From Mytilus trossulus (lineage: Eukaryota), in NCBI RefSeq assembly GCF_036588685.1, contig NC_086373.1:68386001-68450000 (forward strand): 64,000 nucleotides of DNA, written 5' to 3'. Below the pieces are notes generated by a model. The model ran no database searches and was not told the DNA's origin. It was given only the letters and a program-made list of their open reading frames with translations. Position 1 is the stretch's first letter; each line of letters starts with the position of its first letter. Of the stretch, positions 27,497 through 41,373 are shown piece by piece. A program made the position numbers and the translations under genes.

Positions 27497-27551
27497 CAAC
27501 GTGATAGCAATATACGACGAAATTTTTTCAAAATTTGCGGTCGTATAAAAA
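25726..27551 (-). mobile_element. Full-length Helentron/HINE-like element
   Basis: SubTIR TTATACGACCGCA (25752) pairs with TGCGGTCGTATAA (~27536). Terminal hairpin GCTCCGCAGGGCGTAGC next to AACCAG, tandem core repeats and (GAC)n; no TSD seen. Confidence 0.82.
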
Positions 27552-27969
27552 TTGATAGAAAATAAAATCATTAGGATCAAATATACATTCATATAATACA
27601 GGTTGACTTCTCATAAAATGTTTGAAAGCAACAAAGTACAAATATTGACATGATAAATGAGTGAATGAGCATCATGCATGTCATACATGAATGTAAATGT
27701 ACAATGTACATGCACATTTTTGTTCATGTACAATGTCCATCGATGTGCATTTTGTATTATACAGTTGTGCTTAAACTGACTTGGATGAACACAGACACTG
27801 ACTATATAATTCATGTAATTGTGGCGCTGATGTACATGTGTACATTTGGATTTTTAGTTCCACTCATGATTTTTTGCACAAATCAAAGTTTTTAGATTAC
27901 ATGTAAATGAGAGTAGTTTGACAAATAATTCAGTATCATTTAATTACTACATTGTAATCTACAAGTGAA

Positions 27970-28198
27970 TGTACATTTCTACATGTACATGCATGATTAT
28001 AATTATTTATTTTAATATATATACAAATAATTACAAATGTAATTAATTTTATAAACGTTACCTACATTGTACATGTATACTGTACATTTCTACATGTACA
28101 TGCATGATTATAATTATTTATTTTAATATATATACAAATAATTACAAATGTAATTAATTTTATAAACGTTACCTACATTGTACATGTATACTGTACAT
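27970..28198. repeat. Exact tandem duplication, 111-bp period
   Basis: TGTACATTTCTACATGTACATGCATGATTAT...GTACATGTATAC occurs twice (27970 and 28081). Confidence 0.9.
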
Positions 28199-28580
28199 TG
28201 TCACAGGCACATGCAACCTCCTTTTTTTCTTTTCAATTTTGTTATTTTGTTATTGTTTATATTAAGTTCTTTATCATTTTAATTATATAACTTATAACCA
28301 TCAATGTAATTCAATTCCAAACAAATTTTCAACCACAAATGATTAAAGCAACTGCTTTTTTTCACTTACATGTAACAACCACCATACTGGACAAAGAAGG
28401 AAAACACTAAATGCTCTGACATGAGGAAAACACCAAATGCTCATGAGGAAAACACTGAATGTCCATGTAACAATAGGATGGGTACCAATCAATTTATATA
28501 TATCAAGCATCAAAGCCTACAATGTACATGTACCTAGGGTTATAATACATTATAAAATTAAACTAATAAGGTTAACTTAC

Positions 28581-29468
28581 TTTTAATTCTGCTTGTGCCA
28601 CTTTTAACTGTTCATTCATTAAGCAATACTTTGCATTTTCTTCCTTCCGAAGTGCTCTTTCTTTCTTTAATTCAGGACTCCAAAATGTTTTAATGCTATT
28701 CATACTTGAACTTAATTTATCTTTGTAGGAGTCAACCTCTTGCTGCATTTTTGCACAATCCTTATTTAAATCTGCTATTTGTGACTGTAACTCTAGAATT
28801 AATCCATCTCTAAACGTTCTAATTTCTTGTGAATTATACACCTGGTTTGAATTTGTGTACTCAGGTCTTTCTGAAGATCGAGACCTTCCAATGTGATTGT
28901 TATGATCACGTTCTAAAGATCTAGCTCCCATATGTGGATATTCCTTGTCTATAGATTTATCACGATTAAAAGAGGATGACAGAGTATGCCAATCTCTACC
29001 CATCAACTGTTTTGATGGATCATTATGAACTGGCATTGTCAGTCTTGCAAACTGTCTATCTAACGACTGGTCTCCAATTGACATAGGACTTTGCTCGAAC
29101 TCATATCTATCACTTAAATTTCCAATGTTCCCATGACTTCCAGGTGGACTATCAAAATGGTATTTACCACCACTTGTTGGCATGCGTGGTTGTGTGCTGT
29201 AGCCATCATGCATTATGTACCTGTATGGTGAGTAATCTGGTGGTTGAGCATCAGAAATATGTGTATGACTAGGCGAGGTATTGGCATTGTGAGTAGGGGA
29301 CATTGAATTGTCTTTTGAACTGCTAGAACTTTTTCTGTTTTTTCTACCTGAAAATATGTTTTTGGGCAGAGAGGAGCTCAAGAAACCCCCTTTTTCATTG
29401 TTCGGCTTTTCCTTTGAAGGACTGGATTGCAAGGACTTAGGTCCCTTACTGCTCTTTCTTTTAAACAT
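28581..29468 (-). CDS. ERC1: ERC/ELKS/CAST family protein, first coding exon (296 codons)
   Basis: Contains the ERC/Cast signature KLSSSMNSIKTFWSPELKKERALRKEE. ATG at 29468, donor AAA|GTAAGT at 28580, phase 0. Confidence 0.95.
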
Positions 29469-30042
29469 TTTGAGGTTTGTTTTCTGACTAATTAAATTAC
29501 TTCAATAGATGTGTTTCGTCTGACGTAAACATTTTGTAAAATGAGTTCATGATTACCTCAACGATACCATTGACGGACCACAGCACAGACCAAAATTGGC
29601 AAAAATCATCACTTATCCTTCATCTATCTCGTGTATTGCAACATCTTCGTTATCATAACGGTTACAGAAGATACAAATCTGTTATACCTTCATCTTGGGG
29701 TAATTTAGATACTCGAAAAATAACGAAAATATATCGAAATCAACTAAACTTTTTAAGTTTCAGCTGCTGAGCCGAAGATGTCTCGCAAGTAATTTATGCG
29801 CCCCCTACTTCCGTTGTAAACAAATTAATATTTGACAGATTTAGAAAAGTGATTTTATAAAAAACGAATTTCAAATTTCGATATTATGTCTACAGGTTTT
29901 AAATTGCAAATGCTTTTTCTCATAACAAATTTTTATTGCATAAAAAAAAAAAAAGTTGAGACAAAACATCTGTAAGTAATAGCTTATTTTGTCAGTGTCT
30001 AGAGGCTACGCAAGTTCAAGTATATACCTAAAATGCACACTG

Positions 30043-30759
30043 AGGCACTTGTCTCAAAAAAAATCCTATATACCTTAAGGGCATACGATACAGTTACAGG
30101 GGAGGTAATGACGTTGCTAACGTAAACTGTTATTTTCGCGACGTCAAACTATGACACATCGGGAAAAGATGCATTTTTCGACTGATTTTTATCATTCAAA
30201 CTGATTTAATTTGAAAACGAGTGCATGGAACCCTATTTTTCAAAACGGTAATTTGTTTCATTTTGTAAGGAGATTATTTGACCCAAATTTTATAAAGCTG
30301 TAAATAGAGAAATTTCTTTTAATTTTGATAAACATGCATCAAAAATTAACGTTTTTTACTCAATTCATGAATATTTAATAAATATGAGGTATTTCTGAAT
30401 AGAAATTGCATAATTTTTTAGAATACTTATAACATACAGAAATAACCGATTATTTAACAAAAAACAGTTTGTGTTTATCTTTTATAACAAAAAAGTTATG
30501 TCTTTCTTTCGAAAAAGAAAATACGGCCACAAATCTTAATTTTGAGCAAATATACCAAATTTCGACCTCATTTTACTCCAAAAGTAGCACATGAAGGTAT
30601 ATTTTTTATAACATATTTGATTTAATCAGGTAAAAAATAGCCTATATGCACATTTTCATGAACTTGTAAATACAGGATCAAAACTGTATCGTGTGCCCTT
30701 AATATAACACAAGGTGTTATTATAAGGTATATAGGATTATTTTTTTTGAGACAAGTGCC
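30043..30759. mobile_element. Foldback mini-element (host of the TTAA MITE)
   Basis: Arms AGGCACTTGTCTCAAAAAAAATCCTATATACCT and AGGTATATAGGATT...TTTTTGAGACAAGTGCCT are inverted repeats. Confidence 0.75.
30079..30698. mobile_element. TTAA-target MITE (Kolobok- or piggyBac-like)
   Basis: TTAA|GGGCATACGATACAGTT...AACTGTATCGTGTGCCC|TTAA, i.e. a 17-bp TIR with TTAA duplication. Confidence 0.85.
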
Positions 30760-32586
30760 TGTGCTAAAATGGCATTTGGCTTAGCTCATCAGTGTTGAAG
30801 GCCGTACGGTGACCTATAGTTGTTAATGTTTGTGTCATTTTCGTCTTTCGTGGATAGTTGTCTCATTGGCAATCATACCACATCTTCTTTTTTATGTTGT
30901 ATTTTGAATTCAATGTACACTAAACAAACATGAAATTATTCTGTAAATCATGATGTCTAAACCAATAATTCAAAGCAAAGAAAACAATAGTATATGTAAG
31001 TGAGGTATAGTCTACCTGTCCCCGTTGAAAATAGTGCTATATGATATCCAGCAGCTACTCAGGGTTACAAGGATTTGTACAGAAACTTTACAAATTTGCT
31101 ACTGAGAAGCTTGAAACAACAAGCAGAAACAACGCAAATTCAACTTGATAATTACCTGGTATATCATAACGCTTTCAAATCTAATTCAGTTTATATACTG
31201 CACTGCGTGTATTCCCCCACCTTATTATCTCTTCAGGGATATTTGTATATACCAAAATTATTAGAACAGGTTATCTTATCAATGTTGTAATTAGATCTTT
31301 GAATATTGTTTATATTGGCACAAATATCGATTTTGTCATCATCAAATAAAACATAACTGTATTCGTTTCATTTTTTTTTTATGTTAGCCCATATGATTAT
31401 GATTATCGATATAACGTGACATATATCTCAAAAGGTTTCAATCCTAACTATCAGACTGCCTGTCGATACTTTTATTTTGTCATTGCACACAGGTCATGTC
31501 TTCCATGACTGTCCATGACATTGAAACACTACGGGGGGAGGGCTAGTTCATTTACGTCTCTGATCGGTTTGATTTTTTATTGGCCTTTAACTAGCTTTCA
31601 GATACTGCAAAAAAATATCCGATGACTATGGTTGTTTGTTTAGCCGAGGTTCTAAAGCTGTGAAAAGGCTGTGTAAGCAGAGGCTAAAAAAATGTGGAGC
31701 GTATCTAGTAAAACTGCAATTTGTTATTTCTCTGCAGTAAGATTCATTTGTATAGAAATCTGATCATGAGAAATTTAAAATAAAATTGTTGTGTCTGAAG
31801 AGTAACATCTCGATATCATACAAAGCATATAAACATTATAAGTACTATGAATAAACTTATTTTTCTGACATCGTTTTATTTTTTAATTTGATTGTTCTGT
31901 TGTCCAAAGAGTTAATTGTAATTTTTAATTATGAACCGTTTAACTGGTGATTCCTCGCATACATTTTATTAAAGTTTATTTAGAAAAATGAAGAAACATA
32001 AATTGTTAGTACGTTCTTTGTCATCGGTGGTCTCTGGTTAGGTAGATAGTTGAATCAGTGGAACTAATACCACATCTTCTTATTTGTGTGTAGACCGTAT
32101 TAAATTACTCAACTTCCGTGAGAAATTCAGTTGTGTTGATTGTCCCTTGCGTAACTTCCAGTAGCGGAAATATTTCATTCGTTCGTAACGTCTCGTCAAG
32201 ACTGTCCTTCACCCGTGATTTATTTATACGTGCCAGTATCTTTTATGTCCAATAACCAAAAAATGTACAGATGTGTAGTTCTATAGTTTAACGTATGTCT
32301 CTCCCTCTTGTTATTGACCTCATACGACTTTAAGACTTGTATAAAATGTGCGTTTAGAATGATTTATTTCATATTTCATAAGACAAACCATCTTCAAAAT
32401 CCTTATACTTCCAGTAAATATCCAATTGTACGGCGTGTGTTCCTATGTCCATACGAAAGCTTTATTTAGATTAGACATATACTTATAATATACAAAAACA
32501 TTGATGCCTGCCTAATCTTGACGGCTTCAAAGGATTACATGGATGGGGCCGTTTGATCGAAAGTCCAATAATCAGCTGCACCAAGA

Positions 32587-32620
32587 CAGGGACTTTATAT
32601 AATAGTATAGAAAGTCCCTG
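32587..32620. mobile_element. 34-bp palindromic micro-insertion with 7-bp TSD
   Basis: ACCAAGA|CAGGGACTTTATATAATAGTATAGAAAGTCCCTG|ACCAAGA. Confidence 0.65.
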
Positions 32621-35600
32621 ACCAAGACTCATGTCTTGTGCATTTTATTTTTTTCTGCAAGAATTAGATAAAACATTTGGAAAAATTCTTATTAGAAGTC
32701 ACTAAAATGTCTCAAAATTTGTAAACGCATTTTTTAAAATATTTATTACGAAGCTATAAAGAATTATCGACAAATAATATTTCATTTAGTTATAGTTGAT
32801 CGCATTTGCTGTCGAAGATTACCGCGGATCGTGACTGGACTTAGGCAAATAATCAGCACAGAGCACGTGGAACATGTGACAAATAAGTGAGTTGATAGAG
32901 CCTTGATTGTTTTTGTTTATAATCTTTCATACGGTTCCATTTGTTAAGCTTTAAAATGATTGTGTTGTATTTATGCATAATTGGCTTTTCAAGAATCAGC
33001 TATTACTTTTCACCTTCAAGGACAGAGCACCTTCGTCAACGTCACTGCATCATGTGACACTGATGAATATATCGGCGATTTGGTGTACGGGAAGTCAATA
33101 AATGTATTTCAATAAGAAAACATTTATCTAGATTTTGATAATATAAAAAATATTTTCTTCAACAAGAGAGTTCACGTACACTTGTTTTAACAGACAATGA
33201 CTTTGGAATGACAAATTAAGTAAAAAAAACAAAACAAAAAACATAATCAAAACCAGGAATCGAAATTCGCACTAGCACAGTAGTTTCCCCCACCTTTCAA
33301 ATTTGAGCTGGAGAAGTATGTTTCCACATTATAGTTCTTAATTGAGCATGAAATAAAAGATCACCGACAGAACTTTGATAATGCCCATCCATAAAAGGGT
33401 ATTATACCCTCTTCAATATACCAATTGTCACACTATAATGTTGTCAGTTAATCAATCAAATCATAATAAAAAAATAATTGATGGTATGTTATGAACAACA
33501 TGTGATTTTTGTTTTTAATCTGACCAGAAGCGCTCATTGAGGAATAGACCTCCCTCTTTCTATTTTTGTGTGTGTGTTATAATGTTCCGACCGTGCGAGA
33601 GTCATGATACTCTCATGGCCATGATAGCCCGGCAAGGTCGGTGACACCACTGAGAGTTAGTTTTTTTTAATATCTATATGATTTGGAAAATAAAACAAGT
33701 TTTTACTGATATAACACCCTTCTTATTCTGCTTATCTCATCCTTGCTTTCTCTAAACTTAGACCAATGATTACTTGCGTAGTAAACATCAGTATGTTGAG
33801 TTTTCTAAAACTGAAAAATTAGGCTATGATCACGACTATGATAATCATATTAGGCTATATGTCTCTGATGTCTTAAAGCCGTACACCCAATAAAAATTAT
33901 CCAAAAGAGCATCATTTCAAACACGTTATATATGTGAAAATATTGATAAATACTCACAAAAATTCATATTATATAGAAAAAGGGTTGTCTACATTTTATA
34001 TGTCTCTAAACGCCTGTGATTATTTTTGGATTTGAACCATTAAATTATCAAAATTTTGATCTTTAGGCTAAATATTGGGATATATTTGTTTTATGACAAC
34101 TGGTGTCATTTGTTAAACAAGTTTGAAGTTCCTAACCTTCCCTAACCTGGGACAGTTGTGTAGATAGTGGTGTAGACAAATTGGTACTGTTTCAATCTCC
34201 GGCGCAGAGTTCATATCCGTTCCATACATGCTTTGCAATACTGCACTTAATATGACCTCTGCCACACATTGTCCGACTCCATGAGGAAATTTCCTCATGG
34301 CCGACAAGCATTCGGTATTCTCTGCAAAGTCCCTTGCGTGATACACAATTTAGCGAGGATTGTCGAAAAAAATATTTGCGGAAGGTTAGGAGTAATGAGG
34401 TAAAGTGGCGATGGCGGAAATTATGAGAATCATCTCATCGCTTCATCTCCTTCAACTAGGATTGTCGCCAAATTGAAGTTTAAAAATTACTTTGACGAAA
34501 CGTGCATCTGACGCAAACACAAAATTTCAATCCTGGTAACTATGAGGAGTATATTTGAAGCGAAAAAAGAAGAAATTCTATGAATTTTGCAGACAGGCTA
34601 TATGTAGGCTACGGCAATCTGTTGAGTCTTTCAAGTATTTTATCACTCGGTTAGCACTTTTGATCCTGGTCTAGGATGGTAGTTGTCAATTCAGTATAGC
34701 TCTATGTACTCCACATGGGTTTGTTACAATTTGCCGGGTTCATACATAAGAAACCCCAAAAAATCACACTTCAGTTTACATATCATAGTGCCGTGATAGA
34801 CATATTTTAAAATAGAAGCATAGGCGGACCCAGGGGCCCTCCCTTTTCTTGAGAAAAAAAAAATGGTTGATTTTATAGGGATTCGCTGAAGCATGGCTGG
34901 AGTGGGCTCCCTTTGGTCAGTCAGATAACTCCCCCCCCCCCCCCCCTTTTTGAAAAGTTCTGGATACGCCACTGAGGAGACAAATTAAGTGGAAACAAAG
35001 TACATGTAAGTGAAAGTCTTATATGTGTTTCAAATCATTGTATTAAATTGATACAATGATTTGAAACACAGTTGCTATGGGGGTTCTACCCTTGTATTTT
35101 TTCGGTTTTTGTATAGATAAAAAGTAAACCCAGCAAATTGTAACAAAACCCCTCCCTGTGTTCCAAAGTTTTTGCAAAAAGTAAAAAAAATTAGAAATGA
35201 AGAAAATCTAAGGTTGGGATTTCTGGAATAAAGTGCTAGGTATTACTAAACATTGCTAAAAGGCCACACTTAAAAATTTGTTGGTTTGCCCGAACCCTAC
35301 ATTCAATGGCTGAGACAGTGGGTAGGTAGACATTTCCTTTTTTCAACAAAAAAGGAAATTGAAGTATCAGCTGTTTATTAGTCTTCCTGCCTATCTGATT
35401 AAAAAAAGAAACTTCTTCAAATCAGGACAATAAAAAGATTTTTATTAGGCAGCTATTTTCTGGGTAGGTAGGCTAAGGGTTAGGGCAAGCAAACATATTC
35501 CTTTTTATGGTCCAATGCATCCTTACCATTAGGAATCCATTAAACTTCCATTAAAAAAGGTACATGGCAAATATTAACAAACCTCTGTGATACCTGTATA

Positions 35601-37599
35601 TTAAACAGCACAACCCTTTGTCAGAGGGAAAGCCTCTCATAGCTTGGTGGGGTTGTACCTTACCTTATAAAAATTCCTGCTACCAAATGAGAAAAATATA
35701 TTGCTTTGCTTCCATGAAGCCTATTCTTGTGCAAGCATTCTACAGTACATAGACACCTATAGGAAATAATTCTTTCAAATTCTGAATCTTGCAGTATAAC
35801 ACTAGACAATGGTTTTATTACTCTACTTTTATTCTTGCATTATTCCCCTTCTCTAATGTATCATATAATCTTGACTTTTACTGCACATTAACCAATGTCT
35901 ATTATTTAATATACATGATTGGGGACTGGGTTTTAAGCTAGCAGATACCTTGGTAGATGTTACACCCAAATTATGTCCTGATACTCTTGGCATTATCAAT
36001 AATTGATATTGGAGTTCTGTGCACTAAACTAGTGATGAATGTATGTACTGTTAATCAATTGTTATTATTTCAAGTTGAAAAACAATCTGGATCCATTATC
36101 ACTGCTAAAAAAATAATGTCTCAATAGCAACAAACACATCTCATATTTTTTATTCAGTAAGCCAACAAAACCTGGAATCTACATCAGCTTAAATTTATCA
36201 TCTAGTTAAACATTTTACATGCCATATTGAATTCAGAATAAATTCAAAAACCATTGTCAGCACATTCACATACCCCATGTCCCCACATTGTCAGTGGACA
36301 AACATCTACCTAGAATGTCCTTGTTGTCTACAAAGCTTAATAAGATTCTATTGTGAAGTTTCATAGAATTTGCAATGAAAAACTATATTGTAGAAGTATA
36401 GTTGAGGCCAATAAGTTCAAAGGGGAATAACTTCTAGAAAAAGACTTGAATCACAATTTCCTGTTGATATGCACATCTATAAAGTTATATGAAGTTCTCT
36501 TACAAGAGGGTTTTCAGAGGAGTTGTGATGACAAGTTGTTGAAGACCAGGAATGACAGACAGACAAATGCATGGGTCAAAAACATTATCCCCCTCTGCAA
36601 GTTCATTGTGTGGGGTCATGAAATAATTGTCATTGTAAGAGGTAATAATACTGAACTTTCTCATGCATCAATACAACCATTTAATCAAGCACAGACATGA
36701 TGTACATGTATCCAGTGTGAGATGATTTAACCCATTATAATTTATTTGCAAGACAACTGTTATTACTGCTTTCTTTTTGTTGATGGCAGATCTTTATTTG
36801 TAACTGAAGTATTTTATTAAGATTTTTGTGTTTTGGAATGCTGTCCAATTGACTCATACCAATTATTTCCTTGAATTCATATGCTTAAATCTCAAATCTT
36901 AGGTAAAAAGTTAAATCAGTTTTATCTGTACATTACTGAAGTTATGAGTAGTATAAAGCAAAAGGCTTTTTGGGAAGTTTTAAAAATGTAAACAATGTGA
37001 AGGACATTCATATTTCCATACTACTTGGCTAAAACTGATAAAATGTATTCTTCATTTCTATTTTAATTGCTAACAACAATATGTTCATGATAGATTTAAG
37101 AAGACATAAAAAAATTTCAAAACAGCAATTAATAAAATTCATTGTAATTAATACATGTATTAAATGCACACAAATTTGGATGTGCAATTAGAATCACTCC
37201 AATTCACTCATTGAAACATGAATCATTTTTTTATGAGTTCTTAAGTCTTGTTTGTAAGTTCTTTTAAAGTGAAAGTCTATTCCATTTGTGTGTATAATCT
37301 ATGCAGGTGTGTAATGCTTCTCATGTTTCTATGATCAGGTTAACATAATTGTGATCTGAAAATATAATTAAAAAAAAAATATCTTTTTAATTTCCAGTTT
37401 TTATTAAGATAAGGGAAATACATGGTATGCCATTGTTTGTCAACACTTTATTCAATATCTCAAAGGAGTAGAGGCATAAAAGACCCTTATTTGACTCAAA
37501 TTAATATTGCTGCAAATTTAAAAGTCATCTTAATCCTAAACATTTAGAAATTTGTACAAACTAGACTAAGGAGCTAAAATAATAAAATAAGTATAACTT

Positions 37600-38750
37600 T
37601 AACCATATGCTCTGCAGAGAACAGCTGTATAAGACCCCAGATGTCCAATCCTGAACAGTTGGGCAAGTATTGACACAAAATTCAAGCTTGATATAGCTCT
37701 GAATTTGGATTGTGAATAAATAGTTGACACAAAACAGGTTTCTGACACAGAATGAATGTGGTATTAAATTGAATTGGAAATTTACCTATTATTGGCCAAC
37801 ATCCAAAATCAAAATACATTGTTAGATTCAGCAGATGAAATAACCCCAAGAATTCAGTTTTTGAAGAAATCTAATAAAGTTTCATTTTGAACCTTTTAGT
37901 CTTCAATGTATATCCATATATTCAATTTTTTTTTAATTTTGGACCTCGATTTAGACGAGTTTGAAAACTGGGCCCATAATCGAAAATCTAAGTACATGTT
38001 TAGGTTTGGCAAATCAAAGAACCCAAAGAAATTATTTTTTGATAAACTCAAGCTAAGTTTAATTTTGGACCCTTTGGACCTTAATGTAGACCAGTTTGAA
38101 AACAGGAACAAAATTAAAAAAAATAAAAATCTAATTACACAGTTAGATTCAGCATATCAAATTAAGCAAATATATTTCAATTTTAGATCAAAGTTTAATT
38201 TTGGACCCTTTTGGTCCCTTATTCATAAACTGGTGGGACCAAAACCCCCAAAAATAAATCGCAACCTAACTTTTGTGGTCATGAACCTTGTGTTTAAATT
38301 TTATAGATTTCTATTTACTTATACTTAAGTTATTGAGTGAAAACCAACAAAATTGCTTATTTATGCCCCTTTTTTGCCCCTATATAATTCCTAATCTTTG
38401 AGACCCAAACCCCCCTAAATCAATCCCAACCTTCCTTTTGTGGTCATAAACCTTGCCTTTAAATTTCATAGATTTCTATTACTTATTCTAAAGTGATTGA
38501 GCCAAAACCAAAATCAACTGCTTAAAAGATGTATTTGAGCCCCTTTCTGGACCCTTTTTCAAAAACCGTTTAGACCAAAACCCCTATAATCAATCTCAAC
38601 CTTTCTTTTAAGGTCATGAAGCTTATTTTATAAATTTGTATTCACTTGTACTACAGTTATTGTGCAAAAACAAATAAAAATGATTATTTAAGCCCCTTTT
38701 TGGCCCCTAATTCCTAAACCATAGGGACCAAAATCCATCTCAAGCTTCCT
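37600..38750 (-). mobile_element. Diverged copy of the 25726-27551 HINE-like family
   Basis: The same motifs occur in the same order (CCTGAACAGTTGGG, TTCAAGCTTG, TTTTGGACCCTTTGGACCTTAATGTAGACC) with many substitutions. Confidence 0.75.
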
Positions 38751-41256
38751 GTCTATGGTATGCATATGAACTACATGTTGACTATAGGATGGCAATATTA
38801 TTCTACTCATAATTGTAAAAGGTGGCAAATTATGGCTACCACTACAGTAATTGTTTACTGAAAACAAATAAGTTACAGACTTTTTATAAAATGTGTTAAC
38901 GAAACTGTAAGTTTATAAGACTTTGCAGTGTCTGTGCATTTTAATTTATGCTAAACAGATAGTACATGATTTTGTTTTTCTATCATATGCATTTTGTATA
39001 AAAATCTACAAATAAGTCTGTGTTACTATCTCATCCAGATGGAGAGTAACTTTTACAGGATAAAAATGTGTCCATTTTGGTATATTATCTGGTAGTTTAA
39101 ACACCAACTTAACACCAACACCAATATGTAGAAAATCATATTGATTTCAACACTATAAGAGGTGAAAAGCAAAATGTGAAAGCATTCTTTAATATCAATA
39201 TCATGAATATACATGTATTATATTTTATTTTCTATTTTTTTTTTCATAAATGCCAATTAAATGAATTGTGTTCCTTATTTATTTGAAATAAAAAAACAAA
39301 ATTCTATAGGAAAATATACAAGTTATTTTTCCAATTATTAGTAAAGAAACTATTATCCTAAAAATCATTGCTATTTTGTAAAATGATAAAAAAAAAATGC
39401 TTTCATAAGCTTAACTAGCTCACATTTGTTCGTCTGCAGTTGGATTCGAACCAACATACAACAAGTGTATTTCCCTTATTTACAGACTTTATATAATGAA
39501 CTTTGTTATTATAGAGCATACATTTTATCTTTAAGCAAAAAAAAAGAGACTAGAAGCAACATAGGGCCAAATGAGTAAATTGAAGCAAAAATAAAAAAGA
39601 TAAAGCAATGAGTGAGATACAAAGTAACAAATGGTGGCTTGTGCTTGATCAGTTGTTTGTATAGTTGTATACCAATCCCAAGTATAAATGAATACTATAA
39701 TATGCTAGAAATACTGAAACCCTCTCAATTTCATACTTGGTTTCCTGCAAAAGAATAAAGCAAAATTAAATATTTTTATGGTGTATTTATCTTCATCATG
39801 TATATACAAATCAGGTCTAATCTTAATAAATTGGCATAATTAAAAAAAGAATCCAATTGTTACATTCAACATATGCATAATTGTTTTAGTCCTGTCCATC
39901 CACTTCTTATTCTTCTTCTATTAACAATTTACAACTGTACTCATGGTCATTTGAAGAACTGCAATTTAGATGAATGGTAACTTAAAAGTAAAGCCAGTAT
40001 TTTTAAAAGTATTTAATTACTCCTATAGAAAATGTATGGCATATGTATAGCTAGATATTGACTCAATTTCTACATACACTGTACATGTATGAACATCTTT
40101 TTACAATGTTTACTATGTATGATTTGTATGATCCTGTGTTTGCATGTAAATAGAGTAATTACACTGCAGATGTATATGAATAGCACAACATTTACAAACT
40201 ATTTAAAACTTCAGTACTTTGTAGCATTATGAATTTTGTGAAGAAAACTTTGACATTATGTAATGCACTACATAAGAGAAGTTAATCAGTCTTAAACATT
40301 TGTGTTAAACTTTAATTGAAAATAAAATTGTCAAATATTTTATAATTTGATTGATATAATTAATTTCATGTTATACTCAGTAGTCTGTCTTTTTACTCCA
40401 GATGCCCCTTTGAGTCATCTTTTGGCATAACATTGTCATAACTGCTAAAATGAAAGGAAATTATAGAAGCAGTAGTTAGAGATAATTTCCTAATGTATGT
40501 AGAGTAAGAATTTGGTTAACTTGCTTGTTTTGTTTGTATATTGTACAATTGTTATTGGGATAACATTCAATTAAATTGAAATATAATATACAAGTTTAAA
40601 TAACTATTCCTATCTATATTGTTTGCAGATGTCAATCTTAATCACAATGCTTGAGCTACATAGCAGGCAAGTCTACCAAAGTCTTATTTTACGAGCATTA
40701 GGAAATTAGCTCTAATGAGAATTATAACCACATTTCTGTTTAAGTCATAAACATTCAACAAGAGTTTATATAATATATATCATTTTTTTATCATGTTGAG
40801 TATAAGGTATACATTTGTACTTATTCAAATATTATTTGTTTGATTGTCTAGAACTTAAAGTGTCAATAATTTCAGTGCGTTCATTATATTGACAGCTTAC
40901 AGTCAAGCAATCCATCACTTGGCCTTTGTAAAAAATTCAGGGAATATTTTTTTGTGTCTGATAATGTCACATAGACTTAAACTACATCTCATTGTTGAAG
41001 GCCATAATGTGACCTATAGTTGTAAATGTCTTTAATTTTTGTCTTTTGTGGATATTTGTCTCATTGGCAATCATACCACATATTCTTTTTTATACATAAC
41101 TATGATTTCTATCTTTAAAATGAATAATAAAAAAAACAGATTCAAATAAATAGGCAAAACTTTCACCAGCTGTTTGTATGACCCTATCTATCCTTTCTTT
41201 GTGTGCATTTGTTTGCAAAACTGTAAGGAAACACATTTGTACCTAACAGAAAAAGA

Positions 41257-41373
41257 CAATCTAATTAAAATTAAATCCTTTAAATGCTCCTGTTCTGATA
41301 TGTCACGCATCAAGGCTTGATGCGCAACATATCAGAACAGGAGCAAATAAAGGATTTAATTTTAATTAGATTG
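41257..41373. mobile_element. 117-bp foldback MITE with 10-bp TSD (Mutator-like)
   Basis: Near-perfect hairpin CAATCTAATTAAAATT...AATTTTAATTAGATTG flanked by CAGAAAAAGA on both sides. Confidence 0.85.
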
